A stretch of DNA of 20,560 nt from Nanobdellota archaeon (GTDB lineage Archaea > Nanobdellota > Nanobdellia > Woesearchaeales > UBA9642): NCBI GenBank assembly GCA_021813435.1, contig JAKAKR010000002.1:1-20560 (forward strand). The letters are read 5' to 3'. Below, piece by piece: positions 6,470-14,166 of the stretch (positions are counted from its first letter, which is position 1; every line of letters starts with the position of its first letter). The notes under the pieces were generated by a model that made no database searches, was not told where the DNA came from, and saw only the letters and a program-made list of their open reading frames with translations. The position numbers and the translations under genes are program-made.

Positions 6470-6937
6470 ATGGTCGCTTATTCGAATATTCCATTGAGCG
6501 AATTGTCTTGTGGTGAAGAAACAAATAGTGATGGCGTGCTTAATAAATTTGGTCGTGTACCGTTCTATCCGCAGAAAGCAAAACTTTCCATTGAGCAATT
6601 CGCGGAGTTCTATCTGAAGAGTCCACAATTAGCGCATTTTAAGGTATCGACCCGTAGAGAGATTGCGACGCGGGATATATTGGTAAACTACGCTCGATAT
6701 ATGCATACGATAACTACTCGTGTTGATACTCCCAATGCAGAGGATGCAGAACATCTTTTAGGCCTTACCTACGATCTTATCTATAAGACATATTTCCTAC
6801 AGCGCTACACGTATCAGTTTATCCGATCAAAAAAATCTTCCCAGGAATTCTTTGAAACATATGGCGATCGAATAAGCCGTATGGTTTTTGAAGATATCTG
6901 TCAGAATATTTGCATATCAGTAGATTACAAATCATAA
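6470..6937 (+). CDS. hypothetical protein (155 aa)
   Basis: The ORF-track start at 6269 is TTG and overlaps gene 5953-6366 by about 100 nt. The in-frame ATG at 6470 has tttataa about 25 nt upstream (leaderless geometry). No recognisable motif. Confidence 0.55.
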   Translation: MVAYSNIPLSELSCGEETNSDGVLNKFGRVPFYPQKAKLSIEQFAEFYLKSPQLAHFKVSTRREIATRDILVNYARYMHTITTRVDTPNAEDAEHLLGLTYDLIYKTYFLQRYTYQFIRSKKSSQEFFETYGDRISRMVFEDICQNICISVDYKS

Positions 6938-6969
6938 AACTTTATAAAATATCACTGCTCCTTGTCCGT

Positions 6970-7527
6970 ATGGCATATGAAGTCGAGAAGCGGAGCAAAT
7001 TGACGCGGGCGCAGTATGCGCGTTTGCAGTCGCATCTTGATACCCATGCAACATTTTTGGGAGAAAAACGCCTCGACTCATTTCTCTTCAGAAAGCCGTC
7101 CTACCTGCGCATCCGTCTCAGTTCTGATGATCCGAATGTGTATATCACGGAAAAGACCGGAACATACGCAGATGCTGCGCGGTTCGAAAAAGATACAAAA
7201 ATCAAACGGGCTGCACTTCCCGGATTTGTGGACAAGCTCCAAAAGAGGGGTTTTCAGGAATGCGTCCCAGTCATCACCTATCGCCGAACCTATATATTAG
7301 ATGGTCTTAAAATGGAGCTTAACCGCATTAATTATCTCGGACTTATTTTAGAAGTTGAAGTCGTGACGAATAAGAAATCAGCAGTGCTTCAACTTGAACA
7401 GAAAGTAAGTCTTATGTTGACTCGATTGCGTGTAAAAGAATTACCTGCGAATATTTACCAAGGTATGCTTGATAGGAATTATCGTGATCATCTTGTTGAT
7501 ATCCGGAAGATATCTTTTGCACCATAG
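6970..7527 (+). CDS. CYTH-domain protein (triphosphate tunnel metalloenzyme; CyaB/ThTPase superfamily)
   Basis: The protein begins MAYEVEKRSKL, which carries the N-terminal E-x-E-x-K CYTH signature. The family-typical LGLILEVEVV strand lies near the C-terminus. The ORF-track start at 6910 is TTG. ATG 6970 has tttataaaa at 6941-6949. Confidence 0.75.
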   Translation: MAYEVEKRSKLTRAQYARLQSHLDTHATFLGEKRLDSFLFRKPSYLRIRLSSDDPNVYITEKTGTYADAARFEKDTKIKRAALPGFVDKLQKRGFQECVPVITYRRTYILDGLKMELNRINYLGLILEVEVVTNKKSAVLQLEQKVSLMLTRLRVKELPANIYQGMLDRNYRDHLVDIRKISFAP

Positions 7528-7607
7528 CGTTTATGTTATAGTAATTATTCTTCTTAAAGTAACCACTTAGCAATAGTAAACTTTATAAATACATGTTCCT
7601 TAGTTAA

Positions 7608-8408
7608 ATGATGAACAATTCAATAAAACGATTCCAGAATGTACTCGGCGTAAAATCACTTATTGCAGGAGTCTATACCACTGATGATAATCCGCAGCGA
7701 ATAGCTAATGAGCTTCGTTTTCTGAATAGTCTTGGTGTTGGATGTGCATATATTGAAGATGATACGAGCCTAGAGAATCCTGATCGTAAACCACAAAATA
7801 TCCAAACCATACGTTCTGCTCTTGAATTACTTGCAAATGATACTTTAAACATTAAAATCGGCGTCAATATTATGCCTAATCGTCAGGGAACAGAACACGA
7901 GATCGCATTTGATCTTGCAAAAACATATAGTCTTTCTTTTATCGTTGTTGATTTAGTCTACGGAACGCATAAGATTAAACGAAAAACATTAGATGCCGCA
8001 GGTAACGATTATGATCTCGTCAAGATCAATGCTGAATCCTATGCGCAAAAAAGAAGTGAAAACTCTGAACTTATTGTTATTGGAGGTTTTTCCTCACCGT
8101 ACGCAGAATCAGTATTTGATTCTGATTCTTTAGACCCGCTTACTGAAACAGGACGCAGGACAGATGCAATACTCTATAAGGCGTTGCCTGTTGAAAACAA
8201 AATTCCCCGTGAAGGACTTCGGGTCTATAAAACACTTAGTGAACTTCCCATTGTTGGCGCATCAAAAATAACACCTTCAAATATTATTGAAATCGCAGAT
8301 GTTGCAGACGCATTCATTGTGGGATCAAAATTACGTGATGAACACGGAAAATTATCTTTTTCAAACATCAATGCAATAGAAAAAGTTCTTTCACCGTACC
8401 GTCATTAA
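7608..8408 (+). CDS. BtpA/SgcQ-like TIM-barrel protein (tentative)
   Basis: 266 aa. The order of patterns resembles BtpA family members: LIAGVYT..., LGVGCAYIEDD, IGVNIMPN, SFIVVD, and C-terminal PIVGASKITPSNI...ADAFIVGSKLRDEHG. tttataaa lies about 22 nt upstream of the ATG. The assignment rests on remembered pattern only. Confidence 0.5.
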   Translation: MMNNSIKRFQNVLGVKSLIAGVYTTDDNPQRIANELRFLNSLGVGCAYIEDDTSLENPDRKPQNIQTIRSALELLANDTLNIKIGVNIMPNRQGTEHEIAFDLAKTYSLSFIVVDLVYGTHKIKRKTLDAAGNDYDLVKINAESYAQKRSENSELIVIGGFSSPYAESVFDSDSLDPLTETGRRTDAILYKALPVENKIPREGLRVYKTLSELPIVGASKITPSNIIEIADVADAFIVGSKLRDEHGKLSFSNINAIEKVLSPYRH

Positions 8409-8410
8409 TT

Positions 8411-8420
8411 GTTTTTTTTT
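8411..8420 (+). terminator. oligo-T terminator candidate
   Basis: A run of 9 T begins 4 nt after the stop codon at 8406-8408. Confidence 0.45.
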
Positions 8421-8776
8421 GCAGGGCCATTAATATACGACGCTTCAAAAAACTTTCCGGCATTTTTTCGTTTAATGTTCCAAATAATTTTTCCCAGTCC
8501 CGAACATGTATTCTTTGATTATTTGAAATCGATTGTTGAAAGTGGTTTAATTTCTTTTGGAATTAGTAATCTATTTGATTAAACTTTTTCTTTCACTGGA
8601 CATCTTCGCGCAGTGTATTTAAATCCTTCTTGATTTCTTCATACTGCTCCGTGCGATATTCTTAGTTTGTGGAGAATATCTTCGGAGGTAATCGTATGGA
8701 AGAAATCAATATCTGGGATTTAGGATAAAAGATTAATGTACGGATATCTGGAGAATTATATTCTACTATTAAGTCT

Positions 8777-9859
8777 ATGATTAAATCACGTTATGTTTCT
8801 TTTAACGAGTTTTACAGCGAATTCATAACGTATCACTCGATTTCTTTCTCTGTTTTAAAAGATAAATTTAAACCCGGTTATCGCTATTTTATTGATTTGG
8901 AAATTTTACTTGTTACTTGTCTTATACTAAAAATTTCTTTTGTCGAATTTCAGAAACACGTTATTGCGTATAAAACTCGCCGAGGGAATAACAGTATTTC
9001 TATCCCAATTTTTCCTATTAAGATAACTCCTGTCTTTGATATGCTTCTCGCGCATCATTTTGCTGATGGATGCTTACTTAATGCGTACGGTAATCGAAAA
9101 GACTATTTTCTCTATCGACAATACGATGCGCATTATCGTAATTTGTATATTAAAAAAATTGAATCAATCTTTGGTAGAATCTTCTATAAAAGCGATTATA
9201 TCACTAATTTAAAAATGACCAAAATTTACGCACCGATTGTAATCTCAGAACTTTTATATTCGTATTATGGGTTAGATAAACGTAGTTTTATCTCGGAAAC
9301 TGCAAGGATTCCTAAGCAGATTTTTGAAAAAGATTGGAAAAATAAACTTGCGTTTTTGATTGCTTTTATTATTGATGAAGGACATGTTGATTCTAATTTG
9401 ATTGTGATACGTATAAAGAATATGGGATTAACTAATGATTTATCATATTTATGTAATGATTTAGGATATAGTCACTCTGTACGGATTGAAAATAATGGAT
9501 ACGCATGTCTATATATTTTATCGTCAAGTTTAAGTAAATTTTATAAAGACTATCTTGTTCTTAAAGAGGAGTATCCCGTGGTTGATTTGGGATGGAAAGG
9601 CTTAAAGATCAAAGAATTTATTGATAGACAATCTAAACCAAAAATTTATCGCCCGGGAAACAAAAGAGTGATACTGCAATTGCTTGTAAACGAGCAACTA
9701 ACAGTTAATGAACTCGCAAGTCGTCTTAACATGACAAGACAGGGCGCAAGATATTTCATCCATAAGTTAGAAAAAGAAAATAAAATTGAAGTAAAATCAA
9801 TAGTAAAATTCGCGAATTGGAAATACGGAGTAAAAAATGCAAGTGGGAGTGGTGGGTAA
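8777..9859 (+). CDS. free-standing double-motif LAGLIDADG homing-endonuclease-like protein with a C-terminal winged-HTH
   Basis: 360 aa. There are two LAGLIDADG-type motifs, MLLAHHFADGC and LAFLIAFIIDEGHV, both keeping the acidic residue. The second is preceded by the typical IPKQIF. The C-terminal LTVNELASRLNMTRQGARYFIHKLEKENKIE is MarR/ArsR-like wHTH. Spot counts of two 60-nt lines give 27% and 35% GC. The 3' end overlaps the next gene by 23 nt. Confidence 0.75.
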   Translation: MIKSRYVSFNEFYSEFITYHSISFSVLKDKFKPGYRYFIDLEILLVTCLILKISFVEFQKHVIAYKTRRGNNSISIPIFPIKITPVFDMLLAHHFADGCLLNAYGNRKDYFLYRQYDAHYRNLYIKKIESIFGRIFYKSDYITNLKMTKIYAPIVISELLYSYYGLDKRSFISETARIPKQIFEKDWKNKLAFLIAFIIDEGHVDSNLIVIRIKNMGLTNDLSYLCNDLGYSHSVRIENNGYACLYILSSSLSKFYKDYLVLKEEYPVVDLGWKGLKIKEFIDRQSKPKIYRPGNKRVILQLLVNEQLTVNELASRLNMTRQGARYFIHKLEKENKIEVKSIVKFANWKYGVKNASGSGG

Positions 9860-11039
9860 ACCAAATACAGGCAAGAGCACATTCTTTAAGGCAGCAACAT
9901 TAATGGATGTTCTCATCGCGAATTACCCGTTTGCAACCATTAAACCAAATCATGGTGTTGGTTTTGTAAAGATCGATTGTGTGGACACATTCTTTAATAC
10001 ACAATGTAATCCTCGTGAGGGATTCTGTGTCAATCATAAGCGTTTTGTTCCTGTTGATGTCATTGATGTTGCTGGACTCGTTCCTGGAGCTCATGAAGGC
10101 AAAGGGTTAGGAAATCAATTACTTGATGATCTACGTCAAGCAGATGTATTAATCCATGTTGTCGATTTTGCAGGAACAACGAATGAACGGGGAGAACCTG
10201 TAAGCGCAGGATCACGCGACCCGTACGAAGACATCAAATTCTTAGAAGAAGAAATAGATTTCTGGTATCTTGGAATACTTAATAAGGGTTGGGAACGATT
10301 TGCTCGTCAAATCCAACAAGAACACAGCGATGTTACCAAAGCACTTGCAAAACAATTATCCGGACTCAAAGTCACTGAAGAGATCGTTGAAGACGCGATA
10401 CGCAAACTTAAACTCGATAAATCGCAACTCATGGGATGGACTGATGATAACTTATTCGACCTTGCACGTGAACTACGAAAAATCACAAAGCCGATGATTA
10501 TTGCAGCAAATAAAATGGATATCCCTGTTGCGCAGGAAAACTATACGCGGATACGCGCAGAGCACCCTGAACTCATCATTATCCCCTGCTCAGCTGAATC
10601 AGAGCTTGCATTAAAAGAGGCTGCAAAGCATCAATTGATCCAGTATACTCCCGGAACCACGGATTTCACCTTTGTTGATGAATCAAAACTTTCCGAGAAA
10701 CAGAAATTCGCGCTCAATTTCATCAAAGAGAATGTTTTGCAAAAGAGCGTTTCTGGAACAGGGATACAAGCTGCGTTAAACGCTGCAGTATTTGACCTGC
10801 TCAAGTATATCGTGATCTTTCCCGGAGGGGTCAATAAACTCACTGACCAGTACGGTCGGACGCTTCCTGATTGTTTTCTGATGCCGCCAAAAACAACCGC
10901 ACTCGATTTTGCCTATCGCCTGCATACAGATTTCGGAAAGAACTTCATCAAGGCAATCGATGTCAAGAAGAGATTGCCGGTCGGAAAAGACCATCCCCTC
11001 CAGAACGGCGATGTCGTCGAGATACACAGCGGAAAGTAA
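9837..11039 (+). CDS. Obg/YchF-like GTPase with a C-terminal TGS domain (archaeal PH0525 type)
   Basis: 400 aa. Motifs: G1 GKPNTGKS at residues 7-14; G3 DVAGL; G4 NKMD; G5-like CSAE; a C-terminal TGS-like segment (ALDFAYRLHTDFGKNFIKAIDV...GDVVEI). Confidence 0.85.
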   Translation: MQVGVVGKPNTGKSTFFKAATLMDVLIANYPFATIKPNHGVGFVKIDCVDTFFNTQCNPREGFCVNHKRFVPVDVIDVAGLVPGAHEGKGLGNQLLDDLRQADVLIHVVDFAGTTNERGEPVSAGSRDPYEDIKFLEEEIDFWYLGILNKGWERFARQIQQEHSDVTKALAKQLSGLKVTEEIVEDAIRKLKLDKSQLMGWTDDNLFDLARELRKITKPMIIAANKMDIPVAQENYTRIRAEHPELIIIPCSAESELALKEAAKHQLIQYTPGTTDFTFVDESKLSEKQKFALNFIKENVLQKSVSGTGIQAALNAAVFDLLKYIVIFPGGVNKLTDQYGRTLPDCFLMPPKTTALDFAYRLHTDFGKNFIKAIDVKKRLPVGKDHPLQNGDVVEIHSGK

Positions 11040-11130
11040 TTTGTGAGATTTTTGCTTATCAAAAATTTCGGAAAACAATTCTTTAAATTATGCCTTTATG
11101 ATATTTGCAGTATCAAAAGAGAATCATTAT

Positions 11131-12159
11131 CTACTCCCCGTATGCTTCTTCGAGAATCTTTTTTGCGTGCGGGTGATCGAATTTCTTGCGGATGGGCTCA
11201 AGCAGGATATTTACCTCTTGCGCAACACCATTCTTCAAGTCCATAGGATGCAATTGTTTTGATGCATACGCGTTATACAGTTCCTCTTTGGTCCTGAATG
11301 TCAATGGACCGCCCCACTTCTCCGGCCTGCTAATCACAAATGCTTCACCCTTATCCATCTTTTGGGTCATGATGACTGTCAATGCAAAATCAAGTACACC
11401 ATTCTCCGGATTGCCTTCTTCGCAATAGGCATTCTTCAATTTGTCCCGGATGGTCTTTTCATCATCCAGAAGATCGATCTTTGAGACCTTATTCGAGCTT
11501 GACATCTTGCCGTCAGCAGTGAGTCCGCGGATAAAGGGGATCATGAGTTCTATGCGGCTCCGGTATCTGATCTGCGGCATATACTCGCGCGCAAATACCA
11601 GGATCTTGCGTTGATCTATTGCGCCCATCTGGATATCCACATCAAGATACTCCTCGTCGAGCGATTGCATGATAGGATAGATGAGTCCGGAAAGATGCGG
11701 GTTATCGCCCATCTTGACAACATCGGACGCTGCCTTGGTGCAATCACGCACTGAAGTAATCGTTGACATCTTGAGGACATCAAGAATATACTCTTTCTTG
11801 AGCTGAAAATCAGAACCCTTGATCATCTCAAACTGTGCAAGATCCCCACCCATTGCCTCAATCATTGCAGGGATTACAATCTCATAATACTTATAGCGTT
11901 TTTCGAGAAGGTCCCACGGGGTATTATCGAGCGCGCCATGGATGTCAGCAAGAAGGACTTTTACCTTGAACCCTGCCTTGAGGCAGTCTGCAAGCTTTTG
12001 CACCCAGGCAAAGTAGCCGATGTGCGGTCGTCCAGTAACTGATGTTCCTAAGTAGATTGCAGGATGCTTTTTTGATTCGAGCAATGCGCGCAATTCTTCC
12101 TCAGTAATTATTTCTTGAGTATTCCTTTTGATAAGTAAGAATTTTTCTTCAGTATCCAT
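11131..12159 (-). CDS. tyrS: tyrosine--tRNA ligase (archaeal type)
   Basis: It aligns by eye with M. jannaschii TyrRS: LIKRNTQEIITEEELRALLE; the HIGH-like PHIGY; the KMSKS-like GKMSSS; RPEKWGGPLTF...LHPMDLKNGVAQEVNILLEPIRKKF. The ORF-track start at 12177 is TTG. ATG at 12159 (MDTEEKF) is preferred. Confidence 0.9.
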   Translation of the reverse strand: MDTEEKFLLIKRNTQEIITEEELRALLESKKHPAIYLGTSVTGRPHIGYFAWVQKLADCLKAGFKVKVLLADIHGALDNTPWDLLEKRYKYYEIVIPAMIEAMGGDLAQFEMIKGSDFQLKKEYILDVLKMSTITSVRDCTKAASDVVKMGDNPHLSGLIYPIMQSLDEEYLDVDIQMGAIDQRKILVFAREYMPQIRYRSRIELMIPFIRGLTADGKMSSSNKVSKIDLLDDEKTIRDKLKNAYCEEGNPENGVLDFALTVIMTQKMDKGEAFVISRPEKWGGPLTFRTKEELYNAYASKQLHPMDLKNGVAQEVNILLEPIRKKFDHPHAKKILEEAYGE

Positions 12160-12173
12160 CACTATGACCCCGC

Positions 12174-12437
12174 TCAATCGTGTTTTTGAAAATAGAGATA
12201 TCCTGCAAATCCGCCGACAACAAGCACAAAGAGTACTTTACTGAATCCCGCAAATGAGATTGGCGCAATATTCTCGTTTCCCACAACATTTCCTGTGACG
12301 CCGCCTGCGCCTGATGCAGAAGCAGTTGCCGCAGTGCCTTGCGTAGTTGCATGTCCACTGCTGAGCATCACAATGATGCCGACAATAGCGACAATGCCGA
12401 CGATCAATAGGAGATATACTGGTGTGTTATCTTGCAT
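12174..12437 (-). CDS. small two-TM membrane protein with a Thr/Ala/Gly-rich linker (87 aa)
   Basis: It has an N-terminal TM helix (VYLLLIVGIVAIVGIIVML), then a T/A/G-rich segment, then a C-terminal TM helix (VLFVLVVGGFAGYLYF). The track start at 12446 is GTG. ATG 12437 has GGTGA 5 nt upstream. It is wedged between the acidic protein and tyrS. Confidence 0.55.
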   Translation of the reverse strand: MQDNTPVYLLLIVGIVAIVGIIVMLSSGHATTQGTAATASASGAGGVTGNVVGNENIAPISFAGFSKVLFVLVVGGFAGYLYFQKHD

Positions 12438-12446
12438 GGATTTCAC

Positions 12447-13013
12447 CTACTTGATAAGTTTATAATGTTTCAATGCTTTGGTATATAATTCGAAATCCTC
12501 GCTCCGCTTGAATTCCTGGAGCTTCTCCGGGGGGAGTTCAAGGATCCAATCATGCATGTTCTTGAGCAGCGTCTTTATCTCTTCTTCGCTGATCTCGACT
12601 GCAGGGGTTTCTTCTGCGATGGACTCATCTTCCGCGTCGTTTGCGTCATCCTCCACAGCATCAGCGGTAGCGGAATCGTTCGGCTTTGCGTGATGGAGTT
12701 TTTTGAAGAATCGTTTCAACACCCCTTCATGCTCCTCTTCAATCTCTTCTTCGACACGCTCTTCAACTGTATTGACTTCCTCGATCTTTGCCTCCATCTC
12801 ATGGAGTTCTTTCTTGTCGTCTTCAGCAAGCGCATTCTCTTCAGCTGCGGCTTTCTCTTCAAGATCCTCTTTGATCTCTTCCTGAACCTCAGTTTTTGAC
12901 CGCGGAGAGTTGCGGAATACGCGCTGCCAGAATGGTTTACTCTTCTTGCGATCATTAATATACGATTTCAAGTCATTATTAATCTCTTGTTGATGCATAC
13001 TCATCGACCCCAT
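12447..13013 (-). CDS. highly acidic Glu/Asp/Lys-rich hypothetical protein (188 aa)
   Basis: ATG start. It has long E/D/K-rich, probably helical regions and a structured C-terminal portion (IKTLLKNMHDWILELPPEKLQEFKRSEDFELYTKALKHY). It is the first gene of the operon ending in tyrS. Confidence 0.6.
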   Translation of the reverse strand: MGSMSMHQQEINNDLKSYINDRKKSKPFWQRVFRNSPRSKTEVQEEIKEDLEEKAAAEENALAEDDKKELHEMEAKIEEVNTVEERVEEEIEEEHEGVLKRFFKKLHHAKPNDSATADAVEDDANDAEDESIAEETPAVEISEEEIKTLLKNMHDWILELPPEKLQEFKRSEDFELYTKALKHYKLIK

Positions 13014-13156
13014 TTACACTTATGATATATTCAATGGTTTGATGTTTTTAAAGTTATTGATTTTGACGCAGTATGCTGCAAGAGCACACTACAATCAGCA
13101 TTGCATGCAATCAGAACAGGCAGTGTTTCTGCTGGTGTACGAACCATCCAGAACTT

Positions 13157-13810
13157 CTAGATGAATATATTTTTGATGAAATGATAATAGTTGAATGTCA
13201 TCAGATGAATCCCGTATACGAGAAAATATTTGAGAAAAAACACGAGAAGCAGCAGTTCAAGCAGTTTTCCGCCAATGTTATAGCACTGGAATTTCCAGAA
13301 GTTGTATTTGATGCTGCCCATAAAGACTGTGAGCGGTTCAGTGGGAAAAAAAGGGATGAAATTTCCAGCAATCAGAAGTCCCCCGCCCCATTTAGAGAAT
13401 CGCTTATTGAACACTTTCAGATCCTCCTTGAGAAGTTTCTTCTTCACAAATCCTGAGAAGAGATGCCCTACAAGATAATTGACTGTTCGCCCCAGCGCAA
13501 CTGCAAGCACTGCAACAACTGTTGTTGCAAGTGGATCTGCGCCATCAATGATATAATAGATGTAAAAGAAATGAACCGGGAGCGCAAGAAAAATTGTCGA
13601 GCCGGCAAGCGAGATAACAAAGAGCCAGAACCATGATTTTTCCTGCAATTGGAGCAGTGCAAGATTATATAATTGGTGAATTCCCGTACCACTGCCGGTT
13701 GTCCGGAAAATAATGGTCTGGATCAAAGTCATGATGAGCATGAAGAGGATCAGTGCTCCTGCAAAGAAGATGATCTTACGATATGCCTTCCAGAACTTTT
13801 CAAAATCCAT
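13157..13810 (-). CDS. VTT-domain (DedA/TVP38/TMEM64, SNARE-associated) family membrane protein
   Basis: Multiple TM helices. LGRTVNYLVGHLFS and GNFIPFFPTEPLTVFMGSIKY resemble the VTT-domain re-entrant motifs. The track start at 13858 is GTG and runs across a duplicated tRNA 3'-end segment. ATG 13810 (MDFEKFWKAY) is preferred. Confidence 0.7.
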   Translation of the reverse strand: MDFEKFWKAYRKIIFFAGALILFMLIMTLIQTIIFRTTGSGTGIHQLYNLALLQLQEKSWFWLFVISLAGSTIFLALPVHFFYIYYIIDGADPLATTVVAVLAVALGRTVNYLVGHLFSGFVKKKLLKEDLKVFNKRFSKWGGGLLIAGNFIPFFPTEPLTVFMGSIKYNFWKFQCYNIGGKLLELLLLVFFLKYFLVYGIHLMTFNYYHFIKNIFI

Positions 13811-13837
13811 CGCTGCCCCCCACGACTGAAAAATAAC

Positions 13838-13854
13838 AATGGGAATGCTGGGAT
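13838..13854 (-). repeat. 17-nt exact duplicate of the tRNA 3' end (T-stem 3' strand, acceptor 3' strand, discriminator and 2 further nt)
   Basis: aatgggaatgctgggat occurs at 13838-13854 and again at 13937-13953, which is the real tRNA end. An inverted copy agcattccc lies at 13913-13921. Confidence 0.85.
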
Positions 13855-13938
13855 ACACCCGCGCCTTTTATAAAAAGTCGCGTCAAAAATGAATGTAAAC
13901 GCTTGCGCGTTTAGCATTCCCCTGTTTTACTCTTTAAA

Positions 13939-14060
13939 TGGGAATGCTGGGATTCGAACCCAGATCAACCGGTATCTTCTGGCGTATAGTCATCGCCTTT
14001 TGGGCTCAGCGCTCCAGTCAGCTGGAGCCGGTTATTCTAGCCAGGTTATACTACATTCCC
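13939..14060 (-). tRNA. intron-containing tRNA, most likely tRNA-Trp(CCA); 48-nt intron at the canonical 37/38 position (13974-14021)
   Basis: Read on the minus strand: acceptor GGGAATG/CATTCCC (7 bp) with discriminator A; U8, A14, G18G19 and A21 in place; T-arm CTGGG-TTCGAAT-CCCAG; anticodon stem ACCGG/CCGGT; loop CTCCAG|intron|A, giving anticodon CCA at 14025-14023. CCA is not encoded. The TATA box ttttataaa lies about 29 nt upstream. Weak points: the D-stem is poor (G.U, U-A, A.A, U.G), and the bulge-helix-bulge is relaxed (central helix 3 of 4 bp). Confidence 0.75.
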
Positions 14061-14084
14061 GTTCTCTTGCAGAATCGGCAAGTA

Positions 14085-14093
14085 TTTATAAAA
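14085..14093 (-). promoter_or_regulatory. TATA box for the tRNA gene
   Basis: tttataaaa (minus sense ttttataaa) is centred about 29 nt upstream of the tRNA 5' end at 14060. This is the standard archaeal promoter geometry. Confidence 0.6.
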
Positions 14094-14166
14094 GTATTGT
14101 TGCATGCGATTCACTGACACAAAAACTATATAAACCGGTATGCATCTCTTTTTATCGTCGTAAAAC

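Noticed and set aside
8409-8582. A 57-codon open stretch continues in the same frame directly after the BtpA-like stop codon (LFFFAGPLIYDASKNFPAFFRLMFQIIFPSPEHVFFDYLKSIVESGLISFGISNLFD*). It could hint at stop-codon readthrough or a decayed gene extension.
   Set aside because: The stop is followed immediately by a 9-T terminator-like run. The stretch has no convincing start or motif. One open frame of this length in 20 kb of six-frame sequence is not compelling. Comparison with orthologue lengths would be needed.
12478-12955. ORFs overlapping the acidic-protein gene (12478-12693 +, 12552-12899 +, 12703-12885 +, 12716-12955 -).
   Set aside because: The GAA/GAG/AAG-rich coding sequence leaves the other frames open by composition alone. 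The acidic frame has the ATG, the operon context and the longest span.
13073-13456. A 127-aa plus-strand ORF overlapping the 3' half of the VTT/DedA gene.
   Set aside because: It is antisense to a membrane-protein frame with clear TM periodicity and family motifs. It has no promoter or SD signal and no recognisable features.
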